A DNA stretch of 64,000 nucleotides from the IMG/VR virus record IMGVR_UViG_2751185783_000001, positions 32,001 through 96,000 of that record; one strand, written 5' to 3'. Within the stretch, counting starts at the first letter, position 1. Every line of letters begins with the position of its first letter. Source of the stretch: a virus. Its lineage: Duplodnaviria; Caudoviricetes. Position numbers and translations under genes: made by a program. Shown piece by piece: positions 45,645-55,946 of this stretch. The notes under the pieces are model-generated. The model did not search any database. It worked only from the letters and a program-made list of their open reading frames with translations, and had not been told where the DNA came from.

Positions 45645-48600
45645 GCGATCACCTCGATGTCTAGGACCCGGATACCGTTTTCGTCGACTCCGCGGTCGGC
45701 TACCACGCGACGACGCTGGCCGCGGGCGGTCAGGATTTCGGCTTCGTGCTGGAAATCAAGCCATACCTCGTCGGGACGCCCCATCGGGGATACCTGGACG
45801 CCGGGAGAGCCCTTGGGCAGCAAGATCCTCATCATGACCGGCGGCATGTCGGGTTCTTCCATCTGGGCGACTTGGGCGAACTGGCTGGCGACTCGGACGT
45901 CGGCGGTGGTGGAGGCGAAAGCCGAATCCTCCCACTCCATCCCGGTGACGTCGGGCCCCCAGGCGTCACCGAAGATTTTCCCCGGGTCTTTGATCGTCCG
46001 GTAGACCAGTACGTCTTTCGGTAGCGGCGAGGCAGCCATCGCATCGTCGATCTTCTTCACCACATCGGTGATCTCAGGACCGCCATCAGCGGTACCACGC
46101 AGGTAGGAGTTGATCTCGGAGAACGCCTCGCCCTGGTATGTGGCCAGTGCATCCCCGATTACAGCGCTCTGGGATTCCGACCAGCCGGAAGGCACAGAAA
46201 TGGGGATCCCGGACCCGAACCTGACGGGAACAGAATCAAGGCCGCCCTGACCTTGTGCAGCCTTCTTCGCTGCGGCATCCCAACCAGAGGCTGTCATCCC
46301 ACCGGACACAACGCCACCCGGCGCTGGGCCGGCAGCGGGAGTTTCCTGCCCGGCGGGTACCGCGGTACCGTTTCCACCAGCCCGGGCAGGGGCGGGCGCG
46401 GCTTCCTGTTTGCCCGCCTGCTGTCCAGCGCCGGCCTTCGGCAACACGCGGACGTCGATCTGGCGGATCCCGTCGACCACACCGCGGTCGGTTACGACCT
46501 CGATCTCGTGGCCGCGGTCGATGAGGATCTCGGCCTCGGACGGATCACGTGGGTCGTAGAGGTCGATCGCCTTGGTGCCGGCAGGGACGGCCACCCGCAT
46601 CTGGACGGGGTCTTCGCCGCGGGAGAACGGGGCGATCGCGCCGGTGTCGGTGGACGTCGACAGGAAGCCGTCCTCGCGCCAGCGCATGCCGGTCAGGTCG
46701 CCGTCGAGGCGGTCGCCGAACATGGCCCGGGACTGCCGGATCCCGCGCAGGACGGTGATGTCAGCGTTCAATTCCGAGCCGGTCATCGCGTCGTCGATCC
46801 CGGCGATCGCCTTCTGGGTCTGGGCGTTGCCGGGGCCGCCGGTCCGCAGCGCGCCGTTGATCCGTTTGAAGTCGGTGCCGTTGCGGGAGTCCTGGTAGCC
46901 CTCGAGGCCTGCGCGCTGGGTGTCGGTCAGATCGTTGCCGGGCCGGTGCGGGCCTTTCGGGATGGCTGCGGAGACTGCGGCCCGGTCGATCTCGGCGGAA
47001 GCCGGCGCCGGGACGGCCGGTTGCGCCGGGGTGGGCAGACCGGTACCCGCCGTCGTCTCGCTGGGCGCAGGCCCGGACGGGGTCTGTGGCGCCGTCTGCG
47101 GGGCGGCCCCCTCCCCGGCGGACAGGCCCTGCTGGCGCTTGTCGCGGATGACGTCCGGTTTGAGGTCGTCGCGCCGGTCCGGGTCCGCGTACTGGGCCTC
47201 GAGGTCCGCGACCGCACGGGCGACCGCCGTGTCGATCTCCAGTTTGCCTTCGCGGGACTCGTGCCGCCGGTTGTGGGCCTTCTGCCTGACCTGATCGGCC
47301 AGACGACGGCCGGACATCCCGCCCTTGTCCCATTTGGCCAGAGCCTGCGACAGGGCGTCGGTCTCCATGCCGTCACGGCGGACCAGGGGGATCGCCCACA
47401 GCTGGTCCATCAGCTTGCGCAGGGCGTCCGGGGTCGAGTCCGGGACCTCCGGTGCCGGGCCGTCGGGCGCGTCGAGACCGATGACCGCCAGTTGCACGGC
47501 CCGCTTACCGGGCCCGTCTGGCAGCCGGCCGGCGAGCATCTTGAGCTGGTCGAGCTGGGCCTGGGCGGGCAGACGTCCCATGACGGTGTCGGTTGCCATC
47601 CGGCCAAGGTGTTCGGCCAGCGGGAGGCCGTCGACGTCGAGCATCCGGTCGGCGCCGAGCATGCCGACGGCCTGGCCGATCTCGCCGTCGGCGTGGAACG
47701 CGACCGGGCTGTCGGGGTCGGCGCCCCATTTGTTGTCCGACAGCGGCTGGGTGCTCATGACCCGCGGCAGCGGGCCACCCGGCTGGGCCGTCGGCGCGTC
47801 GGGCACGTTTGCGGTTGTCGGGGTCTCGGGTGCGAGGGCGGAGGAGGGCGGCGCCGCGGGGAGCTGGTTCTCCGGGTTTTCGCTATTCTGCACGGCGGCC
47901 GGTTCAGCGGCTGGTTCGGCCGCTGGACCGGAGGTGTCCCCGCCGTTGCCGCGCCGGTCCGGTTCGTTGGTGGAGATCAGGTGCTTGGGCTCAGGGCCGA
48001 TGACGATCGCCGCGTCGAGTTCGGCCTGCGACAACTCGCCGCGGGCGGGGTCCGGCTCGAGGCGGATCCGGCGTGCCCGGTCGAGGCGGCGCAGCTCGGC
48101 GTCGGCGTCTTCGCGGGACATGCCGGGCAGCTGGTCGCGGACCTTCGCCAACAGGACCAGGTCGCCGGGCTTGCGGCCGTCGGCGGTCAGGGCATCGTGG
48201 ATGGCGTCCATGATCTGGTCGGCGGGCGTGGCGGGCTCGGCCCCACCAGCCGGGCCAGGGACAGAGACGTCCCTACGGTTCTCGTCAGCGACGCCGGACG
48301 GCTTCGACACCGGGTCGGCCTTGGCGGCGCCGGATCCCTGGGAATCCGCACCGCGGTCCAGGCCTGGTGCCTGAGGGGTGCCCGCTTCCCGGTCGTTGTT
48401 GCCTTCGGTACCCATCTCGTCGGCGACCAGCGCATCCACGAGCTGGGACTTACGCAGCCTGCCCGGCCTGAGCCCACGCTCACGCATCATGGCCTGCAAC
48501 TCGGGCACCCGGTTCTTCATCAGATCCGCACGGACCTGATCGGCGCCTTCCGGCTGCTCGCTACTGGCGTCGTCCGCTGCGGGCGCCTTCTCCGCGGGCG

Positions 48601-49336
48601 GGGGAGCCGTCTTCGCCGGCGCGGAAGGCCGCGCCGTGGGCGGAGCCTGCTCGGCCGGTGCGTCAGCGGACGGGCCGTCCAGCGCCTTCTCGTCGCCCTT
48701 GCCTGCCTCCGCGCCCTTCTTCGACAGCACGGCTACGTGCATGTCGTAGCCGCCCGCACTGTTCGCCTCGACTTTGGTGACGACCATGTCCAAGTCCCGG
48801 CCGAGGATCACTTCGCCGGTCTCCGGGTTCACCGCGGCGCGCGTACCGGCCGGGGCAGAAATACGCATCCGCACGTCGCCTTTGGTGGCGCGGACCGTAC
48901 CGACGGAGGTGGGCGCGTAGGCGGCGTCACGAACCCGCATGCCGACCAGGCCGTCCGGACCGGCCGGACCGAACGCGGCGACCGGCACCCGCCGGGACAG
49001 CATCACGTCGTCGGGCAGATCCACCATCGCGGCGTCCATGGCCGTGACCGACGGGTCGCCGGTTTTGCCCGCACGCAGCGCCTTGTGGGTGTCGACGTAC
49101 CCGCCCGCGACATACGAGGCGACGGCCTGGCGGTGGGCGGCGGGGGCGATCGGCTCGAGGTAGGCGGGTGCCTTGGTCCCGACGATGCCCTTCTTCGGCC
49201 GCAGCCCGGAGGTGATCTGTTCGGCCAGGCCGATCTCGGCCCGGCTGGCGGGCGCGGACCGGGACCGGGTGAACCGGCCGTTCTTGTCCCGCGGGTGCAG
49301 CGACGGGATCCACTTCTTGACGGCCACGATCACCAC
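45641..49336 (-). CDS. Head-region protein with VIP2-like ADP-ribosyltransferase domains (two intact, one degenerate) and SAP-like motif
   Basis: VLRG..FLSTS..SEAEIL and VYRT..FASTT..HEAEIL; N-terminal HPRDKNGRF. Confidence 0.85.
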   Translation of the reverse strand: MVIVAVKKWIPSLHPRDKNGRFTRSRSAPASRAEIGLAEQITSGLRPKKGIVGTKAPAYLEPIAPAAHRQAVASYVAGGYVDTHKALRAGKTGDPSVTAMDAAMVDLPDDVMLSRRVPVAAFGPAGPDGLVGMRVRDAAYAPTSVGTVRATKGDVRMRISAPAGTRAAVNPETGEVILGRDLDMVVTKVEANSAGGYDMHVAVLSKKGAEAGKGDEKALDGPSADAPAEQAPPTARPSAPAKTAPPPAEKAPAADDASSEQPEGADQVRADLMKNRVPELQAMMRERGLRPGRLRKSQLVDALVADEMGTEGNNDREAGTPQAPGLDRGADSQGSGAAKADPVSKPSGVADENRRDVSVPGPAGGAEPATPADQIMDAIHDALTADGRKPGDLVLLAKVRDQLPGMSREDADAELRRLDRARRIRLEPDPARGELSQAELDAAIVIGPEPKHLISTNEPDRRGNGGDTSGPAAEPAAEPAAVQNSENPENQLPAAPPSSALAPETPTTANVPDAPTAQPGGPLPRVMSTQPLSDNKWGADPDSPVAFHADGEIGQAVGMLGADRMLDVDGLPLAEHLGRMATDTVMGRLPAQAQLDQLKMLAGRLPDGPGKRAVQLAVIGLDAPDGPAPEVPDSTPDALRKLMDQLWAIPLVRRDGMETDALSQALAKWDKGGMSGRRLADQVRQKAHNRRHESREGKLEIDTAVARAVADLEAQYADPDRRDDLKPDVIRDKRQQGLSAGEGAAPQTAPQTPSGPAPSETTAGTGLPTPAQPAVPAPASAEIDRAAVSAAIPKGPHRPGNDLTDTQRAGLEGYQDSRNGTDFKRINGALRTGGPGNAQTQKAIAGIDDAMTGSELNADITVLRGIRQSRAMFGDRLDGDLTGMRWREDGFLSTSTDTGAIAPFSRGEDPVQMRVAVPAGTKAIDLYDPRDPSEAEILIDRGHEIEVVTDRGVVDGIRQIDVRVLPKAGAGQQAGKQEAAPAPARAGGNGTAVPAGQETPAAGPAPGGVVSGGMTASGWDAAAKKAAQGQGGLDSVPVRFGSGIPISVPSGWSESQSAVIGDALATYQGEAFSEINSYLRGTADGGPEITDVVKKIDDAMAASPLPKDVLVYRTIKDPGKIFGDAWGPDVTGMEWEDSAFASTTADVRVASQFAQVAQMEEPDMPPVMMRILLPKGSPGVQVSPMGRPDEVWLDFQHEAEILTARGQRRRVVADRGVDENGIRVLDIEVIA

Positions 49337-49345
49337 CCCGTCCTG

Positions 49346-51538
49346 TCACCACATGGGGGCGATGAACCCTCGGCACCGTCCGCGGCCAGCGCATGACCGG
49401 AATCCGTTGTGCGGGTAGTCGCCGATCGCGGCCCGCAGGGTGGTGTACACCCGGCCGGACACGTCGGCGCAGGCCTCACACCTGCTGCGGTCGTTGATCT
49501 CGTTCGCTTGGAAGCGGGTGCCCTGCGGGGCCTGCTCAAGGACTGACAGGCGCCCGGCGTGCTGGGCGGCCGACAGCAGCGCACCGAGATGGTCGGCGAC
49601 CATGCCCTTCTCGGTGGCCGACAGCCCGTTGAGGTGTTCACCGACCGCGTCGGCGATCTCACCCGGCGGGCTCCCGGCCAGTTGCAGCGCGGCCCGTCCG
49701 GCACCGGACGCATACCCGGCGGCGATGATGTGCGCGACTGCGGTTGCCGTGTCCCGGACCGTGTCCGCGGTGACGTTCCCGTCCAGGTTCAGGCCGTGCC
49801 CGGCGGCCTCGGCGACCACGTCGGCGGCGGCGGTCCTGGCGAGTTTGCTGCCCGCGGTGTCGAGGACCGTGGCCTGCGCGGCGATCACCCCCGCCGACAC
49901 GGCCAGTTGGCCGAGCAGGCTCACATCGCCGTGTTCGGCGGCGTCACGGGCTTGTTCGGTGAGTTCGTCGACCATCGGCCCGGCGATGGCGGGCCACCGT
50001 TTGAGGAGTCCGGCCTTGGCGTCTTCCCACTGCTGTTGCAGGTTCTCGGCCGCGGTATCGGCCTTCGCCGCCTGGACGGTGACGGGCTCGCCGGCGGGCT
50101 CCTGGCCGCCGTCGGTTTTCCCGCCGAACAGGCCCCAGTCCAGGTCGGCCTGCCGTGCGGCGACGTCGGGCGGGATGTCGATGGCGTCCGGTTCATCAGG
50201 GACGCCCGGCGCGGTGGCAGGGACCGGAACAGCGTTCAAGTCCGGAACCTCACCCGGCGTCTGGCCCGGTGTCTGCGGCGTGGGCAGGTCTACGCCCGGG
50301 GCCACGACCGGCTGCGCCGGCTGTTCCCGCTCGGGGAGCCGGTATTCGCGGCGTACCCACGCCTCGAGGCCGGGGTCGGCGGACATGGCGCCGGACGACA
50401 GGAGCAGTTGCAGCGACTCGGCGGTCACCTCACGCCGGGACCCGACACCGGACACGACCACGCGGGGGACCGGCTCGTCCTCGCCGTAGTTCCAGTCAAC
50501 GATCCGGGCAGCAATCTGACGAGTGGCGACGTCCGCGATCAGCTCAGCCTCGGACTCGAGGGCCAGGTGCAGGGCGTCCATAAACGCGGTGCCGAGTGCG
50601 CGGCTCCCGTTCGGGGTTTCACCGAGTTCAAACGCATTCATCAGCGCGGACGCAGCACACTGCTGATCGAGCCAGCGCAGGAACTCCTGCGACTGCGGTA
50701 GCCCGCCACTGATCCCAAGGATCTTCATGACGAACCCGGGCGGGGTCGCCGCACCCGCGGAGATTCCGGCACGGGCCGCCTGAGCCACCTGGGCGGCTTC
50801 GGCCATCTGCGCTTGGGTCGGGTTCGTGCCGGGGATCGGCTCGAGGACGGGTACGCCGGCGGACCAGCGGACGTTGGCGACGGCGTAGGCCCGCCGCACC
50901 TCCTCCTTGATCAGCCAGGAGGCGTAGGAGGGACGCAGAAGGGACGTGCCCGCCCAGTTCGAGCCTTCGCGGTCGCGGGCGTACCAAACCAGGTTCTTCG
51001 CCCGCATCTGCGGATTCTTCAGGTCCGACGCCTGATCCTGGGTGGCGCCGGTCAGTAGCCCGGTCTTGCCGTCGGTGTGGATGTGGCTGATGGTCCACTG
51101 CGGGCGATCCCACAATCCGGCCAGCCGTGCCTTACCGCCGACGATCTCGGCTTCCAACTCGAACGCGGAGAACCCGAACGACACCATGCGGGTCACCGCA
51201 CGTAGGTGATCGCCCCACGACACACCGCGCAGCCGGGCCGCGCCAGGCTTGTCCTTGCCCTTGATCGCCAGGCCCATGCCGTCGGCCACGTGTTTGACGA
51301 CCGCAGGCCGGCACCCTTCCGGGTCGAGCTGCCACTGGGCGCGGGTCAGGTTCAGCACCCAACCCGAGATGATCGAGCTGAGTTTCGGGTCGCGGCGCAT
51401 CTTCGCGAACACCGGAATCGACATGGGGAACGTCAGATCCGGCACGTGTTCGAGGACGTCGAGGTAGATGCCGGCGAAAGTGTCGTTGCCGAGCCGGTAC
51501 GGGTCGACATAGCCGGACACTTTTGTGGGGGCGGTCAT
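49346..51538 (-). CDS. Portal protein (DUF935/Mu gp29-like) fused to MuF-like domain
   Basis: MRRDP, GFSAFE, GTSLLRPSY, GSRALG, IVDWNYG; C-terminal CEAC...CAGRGRCRG. Confidence 0.85.
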   Translation of the reverse strand: MTAPTKVSGYVDPYRLGNDTFAGIYLDVLEHVPDLTFPMSIPVFAKMRRDPKLSSIISGWVLNLTRAQWQLDPEGCRPAVVKHVADGMGLAIKGKDKPGAARLRGVSWGDHLRAVTRMVSFGFSAFELEAEIVGGKARLAGLWDRPQWTISHIHTDGKTGLLTGATQDQASDLKNPQMRAKNLVWYARDREGSNWAGTSLLRPSYASWLIKEEVRRAYAVANVRWSAGVPVLEPIPGTNPTQAQMAEAAQVAQAARAGISAGAATPPGFVMKILGISGGLPQSQEFLRWLDQQCAASALMNAFELGETPNGSRALGTAFMDALHLALESEAELIADVATRQIAARIVDWNYGEDEPVPRVVVSGVGSRREVTAESLQLLLSSGAMSADPGLEAWVRREYRLPEREQPAQPVVAPGVDLPTPQTPGQTPGEVPDLNAVPVPATAPGVPDEPDAIDIPPDVAARQADLDWGLFGGKTDGGQEPAGEPVTVQAAKADTAAENLQQQWEDAKAGLLKRWPAIAGPMVDELTEQARDAAEHGDVSLLGQLAVSAGVIAAQATVLDTAGSKLARTAAADVVAEAAGHGLNLDGNVTADTVRDTATAVAHIIAAGYASGAGRAALQLAGSPPGEIADAVGEHLNGLSATEKGMVADHLGALLSAAQHAGRLSVLEQAPQGTRFQANEINDRSRCEACADVSGRVYTTLRAAIGDYPHNGFRSCAGRGRCRGFIAPMW

Positions 51539-51554
51539 GATGCCACCGCCTCGG

Positions 51555-52862
51555 TCACATAGCTGCGCTCATCAGGTCGACCTCGCCCGCAACGGCCGGG
51601 CGGTGCGGGTACTGGATGCCGTTCGGCCGTCGCCAGGTGCCCTCGGTGGTTTTCACTCCGTAGCGGACCGCGTCGAGCCCGTGGTCATCGACCTTGATCG
51701 GGGCGTCCTCGCCCTTCCGGGCCTTCTTCTCGTCCCACGAGTAGCCGGGGAACTCATCAATCAGGTGCTTGCAGGAGCGGTGCACCTTCAGCTTGTCGTG
51801 GCCGAGAAGACCGGCCACCGTCCGGATGCCGTCGGCGACACCGTTGTCCGCGGGGGTCGGCGTGACGCCGTCGCGGTACAGCTGCTGAATGAACGACGCG
51901 GCTGACGGGTCTACGACCGTCGACTCAGGAACTACGCCGGGCAGATCCGCTGGGATGCGCTTGTATCCGCGTTGCCAGTTCAGTAAGGCCGTGGAGTACT
52001 CGGCATCGGTCATCGACCGCCGGGTCTCCCGGGCGGCGTGGCGCCACTCGGACGCCACGTACACCGTCTGCGAGGCGTCGATGCCGAGCAGTAGGCCGTG
52101 AAATGGGTTGGATGTCCCGTAGTCGATCGAGGTGCAGATCCACCGCCAGATCGGCGGGATCAGGTCGATGACGTGCCGTTCCGGGTCCCACATGTCGTAG
52201 ACGGCGCCCTCGGCTACCACCCATGCCCCGTCGATGAACCGCTTGTACCAGAGCCCGACGTATTCCTTTTTTAAGGACGCGACGTATGCCGGGTCAAGCG
52301 ATTCGTTGTCCTCGAGCTGGAACTGCCACCAGCGTAGGTCCAGTTCCCCGACGCGGAGCATGAACTTCTTCCGAAGCCAGTGTGCGGGGTTGTCGGGGTT
52401 GGTGGTGGCGAACAGCTTCGCGCCGGGCACCGACAGGCGGGCAAGGAGTTGGTTCCAGTACGCCTCAGGTACGAGGGTGGCTTCGTCGATGTATGCGCCG
52501 GCGCAGGTCATGCCGCGGAGGCGTTCTTCGGCACGGGCGTCATTCGCGGTGATCACTTCGACGGTGCGGCCGAGGATGTTGGCGGTGGGGGCACCACGTG
52601 TGTAGTGGATCCGCTTGGCCCAGTCGCCGGTGATGGCGGGATCCATGAGCGGGCCGAACACGTTCCGGGCACAAGTGTCGAGAGTCTTGGCGCCGACCAT
52701 CAACTGTCCGCCTCGGGGCGCGTTGGACACGTAGATGAGCCAGCGCAGCAGCGATGCGATCGTCTTGCCCGATCGCACGGCACCTGTCCAGATGTTGATG
52801 CGCGCGTTTGCATGCGCGATCGACATCGCTTGCTTGGTCGACAGTGCGGCCTCAGGCGTCAC
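51555..52862 (-). CDS. terL: Terminase large subunit (PBSX-like)
   Basis: GAVRSGKT, YIDE, TTNPD, IDYG, DPSAA, DHGLDAVRY. Confidence 0.93.
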   Translation of the reverse strand: MTPEAALSTKQAMSIAHANARINIWTGAVRSGKTIASLLRWLIYVSNAPRGGQLMVGAKTLDTCARNVFGPLMDPAITGDWAKRIHYTRGAPTANILGRTVEVITANDARAEERLRGMTCAGAYIDEATLVPEAYWNQLLARLSVPGAKLFATTNPDNPAHWLRKKFMLRVGELDLRWWQFQLEDNESLDPAYVASLKKEYVGLWYKRFIDGAWVVAEGAVYDMWDPERHVIDLIPPIWRWICTSIDYGTSNPFHGLLLGIDASQTVYVASEWRHAARETRRSMTDAEYSTALLNWQRGYKRIPADLPGVVPESTVVDPSAASFIQQLYRDGVTPTPADNGVADGIRTVAGLLGHDKLKVHRSCKHLIDEFPGYSWDEKKARKGEDAPIKVDDHGLDAVRYGVKTTEGTWRRPNGIQYPHRPAVAGEVDLMSAAM

Positions 52863-53352
52863 CGGTGCCGTGTTTCTCCTGGAGCCCGGCGAGGAGAGCG
52901 CTGAGTAGAGAGCCAGCCGTGGCGGGGTCGCTGACATCGTGGCGCTCGAGCACCAGGTGCTTGTCGATCGCGGTGGCCGCGGAGACGAGTAGGTTCTTCA
53001 GGTCGCCAGTGGGCGGGCGTTGAAGAAGGTGTTCCTCGTAGGTGTTGTCCTTGCCGCCGAAGTTGAATACCAGGTGCGGTTGGTCCATCTGATCGAGGAG
53101 TTCGTTGGCTTTATTGAGGAACCGCCGCGCGGTCTTCACTCGCAGGGCCTTGTTGTCGAGCGCCGCCGCCTCAGTAGCTTTTTTCGTATGTGTCCGCTCA
53201 AATGCGTCGCTCACACCGGCTTGGCGGGCGATGTTGGTGACGGTGCCGGAGGAGACGCCGTGTTTCGTGGCGATCTTTCGGTTACCGAGCACCCCGGAAC
53301 GGATGTCGTCAAGGATCGCGGCGCGTACGTCGTCGGGGATGCGGGGCGGCAT
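52852..53352 (-). CDS. terS: Terminase small subunit
   Basis: N-terminal HTH (IATKHGVSSGTVTNIA); overlaps terL start. Confidence 0.7.
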   Translation of the reverse strand: MPPRIPDDVRAAILDDIRSGVLGNRKIATKHGVSSGTVTNIARQAGVSDAFERTHTKKATEAAALDNKALRVKTARRFLNKANELLDQMDQPHLVFNFGGKDNTYEEHLLQRPPTGDLKNLLVSAATAIDKHLVLERHDVSDPATAGSLLSALLAGLQEKHGTGDA

Positions 53353-53368
53353 GTCACCCCGTTCTGGG

Positions 53369-53548
53369 TCAGTGTGGTTCGGCGATGCGGCAGTACAGGG
53401 CTTGGTCCCGGAATTTCACGGGCTTCCAGCAGGTGTTGCCGCGGACTTTGAGGTGGCCTCGCGGACAGATCGCGATCTCGGGGTTGCGGCCGATGTGTTC
53501 GGCGAGCCAGGCGAGGGAGAAGGGGATCTCGTCGGGGTCGTCGGTCAC
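53369..53548 (-). CDS. Small hypothetical protein
   Basis: GTGA-coupled; Cys/His motif. Confidence 0.4.
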   Translation of the reverse strand: MTDDPDEIPFSLAWLAEHIGRNPEIAICPRGHLKVRGNTCWKPVKFRDQALYCRIAEPH

Positions 53549-53790
53549 GCGGCGGCCCTCGTTCGTCCGCGTCGCCGGGTGGCGCGCTCGGCGGCCATGA
53601 CGTCGCCGTACCTGTAGAGGTGCCGGCCCCACGGGTCGGTGCCGCGGCGTTCAAGTTTGTGCCGGTCGCCGGTGTCGGGGTCGCGCCAGCCGCGGGACAC
53701 CCAGGAGGTGATCGAGCTGGGGGAGACGCGTGCGGCGTGGGCGGCGGTGTCGCGGTCGATGAGGGCGTCGAAGTCGGGGGTCACGTTCAC
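53545..53790 (-). CDS. HTH DNA-binding protein (MerR/Xis-like)
   Basis: AAHAARVSPSSITSWVSRG...LYRYGDV. Confidence 0.7.
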   Translation of the reverse strand: MNVTPDFDALIDRDTAAHAARVSPSSITSWVSRGWRDPDTGDRHKLERRGTDPWGRHLYRYGDVMAAERATRRRGRTRAAA

Positions 53791-53804
53791 CCCCCGGAAA
53801 TGCG

Positions 53805-53839
53805 AAAAGCTCCGGCAACCTGGTGGGGTTGTCGGAGCT
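53805..53839 (-). terminator. Hairpin with T-run at the early/late junction
   Basis: AGCTCCGGCAACC / GGTTGTCGGAGCT stem, followed by TTTT on the minus strand. Confidence 0.5.
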
Positions 53840-53883
53840 GTGTGCCCCTGTGTGGATGCAATGCACCTAGGGGTGTACGCAAT

Positions 53884-54750
53884 CTAGCGCGTGGCGGCGG
53901 GTTCGCCAAGGTCCGTAACCCGGGTGTGTCGCTGTTCGGCGACGAGGGTTTTCAGCCAGTCGCCGTATTCGTCGTCGTGGAGGACGGCCTGGCAGTCGGG
54001 GTTGACGCAGGTGATGTTGCCGCCGGGCTGCCGGTAGAGGGTGATGAGGTCGCAGCGTTTGCAGGCGACGCCGGCACAGTGTTCGGGTCGGGGTTCGGTT
54101 TGTCCGGTGGCTGCGCGGAGTGCGCCGCGGAGGTTGCGGACGGCGGTGGCGAAGTCGGCGAGTTGTTCGTAGTGGTCGCAGATGCGGTTGATGCGGGCGC
54201 GGAGCCACGTCAGGAGTTCGGGGACGGTGGGTGCGGGGAGCTGGTCTGCGCCGTACACGTTGTCGCGGATGTGCCGGGCCCAGCCGTCGAGGATGGTGGG
54301 TGCGGACAGGTGCCCGCTCTGGTCTTCCGGGATGGCCTGGTCGGTGAGGCCGGGGACGCGTGCCGGCTGTTTGAGGTCGAACGCGGCGGCGCTGATCGGG
54401 ATCGGTCGTTCTCGTGATCCGGTGACGTGGGGTGCGCGGCTGCGGGAGTTGATGGGTGCGACGCCGCCGAGCGGGGCGAGGGGGTCGGCCCATGCGGTGC
54501 CGAGGCTGACGGTGCGCCGCTGGTTGTTCTTCAGGTATTCGACGCCGCTGCGCTGGTAGGTGCGCTGGTCGACGATGACTGGTTCCTCGTTGAGGAGGTC
54601 GGCCCAGAGGTGGCCGATCTCGGTGAGCCACCGGCCGAGGAGTGCCCGGTCGCTGTCGCAGACGGGCGGGTCGTGGGGTGTGCGGGGGGTGCGGTCGGGG
54701 CGGGTCAGGGGGCAGAGGGTGCAGGTGTCGGCGTGGCTCGAATCGCTCAT
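53884..54750 (-). CDS. Cys-rich protein, possible late-gene regulator
   Basis: N- and C-terminal CxxC clusters; position just before the packaging genes. Confidence 0.55.
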   Translation of the reverse strand: MSDSSHADTCTLCPLTRPDRTPRTPHDPPVCDSDRALLGRWLTEIGHLWADLLNEEPVIVDQRTYQRSGVEYLKNNQRRTVSLGTAWADPLAPLGGVAPINSRSRAPHVTGSRERPIPISAAAFDLKQPARVPGLTDQAIPEDQSGHLSAPTILDGWARHIRDNVYGADQLPAPTVPELLTWLRARINRICDHYEQLADFATAVRNLRGALRAATGQTEPRPEHCAGVACKRCDLITLYRQPGGNITCVNPDCQAVLHDDEYGDWLKTLVAEQRHTRVTDLGEPAATR

Positions 54751-55101
54751 CAGGGTGATCGCCTCCTGGCCGTGGAGCGGCTACGGTTCCGGGAGGCCAC
54801 CGGGGGACGCTGGGGGTCTGCGGTTGGTGATGGCGGCGCCGGGTTGAGGTTGGACTCCCCGGCGCCGTTTCGCGGTTCAGTTCCAGATGCCGGCCCACGG
54901 GTCGTCGAGTGGCGGGGCTGGTCGTTTTCGGCCAGGCCAGGGGCGACAGGTGGGTGTGCGGGTCACGCGGGAATCTTGCCACCGCGTGCCGGTCTGCGGC
55001 CGGGTCGTGCAGCTTGTGAGTGAATCAAGGGCTGAGCGGGCGCAGGACTTGATCGATACGAGCTACCCATAGTCGGGTATACAAAGCGGAGTCCCGTTGC
55101 C

Positions 55102-55317
55102 TCACGCGCCCGCTGAACCGGTCTCCTGGCGTTGCTCCGCGAGAGCGTCGAACAGGTCCGGCCCGTCCTGCCCGGTATCCGGCGCCGACCCGATCAGACC
55201 CAGGAACGTCGCACAGTCCCGGCCGAACCCCTTCACCAGCCGTTCCGCCCGCGTCTTCTTGCCACACCGCGCGCACCGCACCCAGCGGGATCCGGCCGCC
55301 GGGTGGGTGATGACCAT
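55102..55317 (-). CDS. Small Zn-finger protein (DUF6011-like)
   Basis: RCARCGKK...GFGRDC. Confidence 0.5.
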   Translation of the reverse strand: MVITHPAAGSRWVRCARCGKKTRAERLVKGFGRDCATFLGLIGSAPDTGQDGPDLFDALAEQRQETGSAGA

Positions 55318-55358
55318 CAGGGACCCATGGCTTCCGGCGGCCGGCGGTTCCGTCCGCC

Positions 55359-55946
55359 TCAACGATCGGCCGCCGCCCACGGCAGTTGAGCATCCGCCGG
55401 GGCCGGGTTGAGGACCATGTCGTCGCGCCACTTCCCTGCCGCCTGGAGCGCCTTCACGCAGTGGGCGGTGCCGGACTTCGGCCGGACCGGGCCGAGTACC
55501 ACGAAGTCGTCCGCACCCGGAAACGACCGGCACCCGTCGACCATGAACAGGTTCCGCCACACGTTGGCGTGCAGCCCGTCCAACGTGAGCGCGGACGTCC
55601 CGTGGACCTGCTCCATCACGAAGGTGGTCCGCTCCGCGTAGTCGGCGATCACAGCGAACTCGGCCGTCCGGTCCCGGCCAAGCTGCGACGCCCGGCCCCA
55701 GTAATGCCGGGCGTAGCCCTTGTTCGGCAGGGCCAGCCACAGGCGGACCTGCAAGCGCATCGCCGCCCGGGCCAGGCACTCGTCCATCCCCTCGGCGCCG
55801 CCGGACATGACAACCAGCCGGGACCCGTGTTCCAGCACCCGGGCGGCGATGCGCTCCAGGACCAGGTCCAGCACGCGCAGCCGCGTCTCCTTCGGCGCAA
55901 TCACCAAGCTGCGGGACCCGGTACCCGCCAACACGGCGTCGGTCAT
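55359..55946 (-). CDS. SLOG/YspA-like nucleotide-binding protein
   Basis: AGTGSR, MSGGAEGMD, RNLFMVD, SGTAHCV. Confidence 0.75.
   Translation of the reverse strand: MTDAVLAGTGSRSLVIAPKETRLRVLDLVLERIAARVLEHGSRLVVMSGGAEGMDECLARAAMRLQVRLWLALPNKGYARHYWGRASQLGRDRTAEFAVIADYAERTTFVMEQVHGTSALTLDGLHANVWRNLFMVDGCRSFPGADDFVVLGPVRPKSGTAHCVKALQAAGKWRDDMVLNPAPADAQLPWAAADR

Noticed and set aside
46253-49396. 1047-aa plus-strand ORF
   Set aside because: Antisense shadow of the ART gene.
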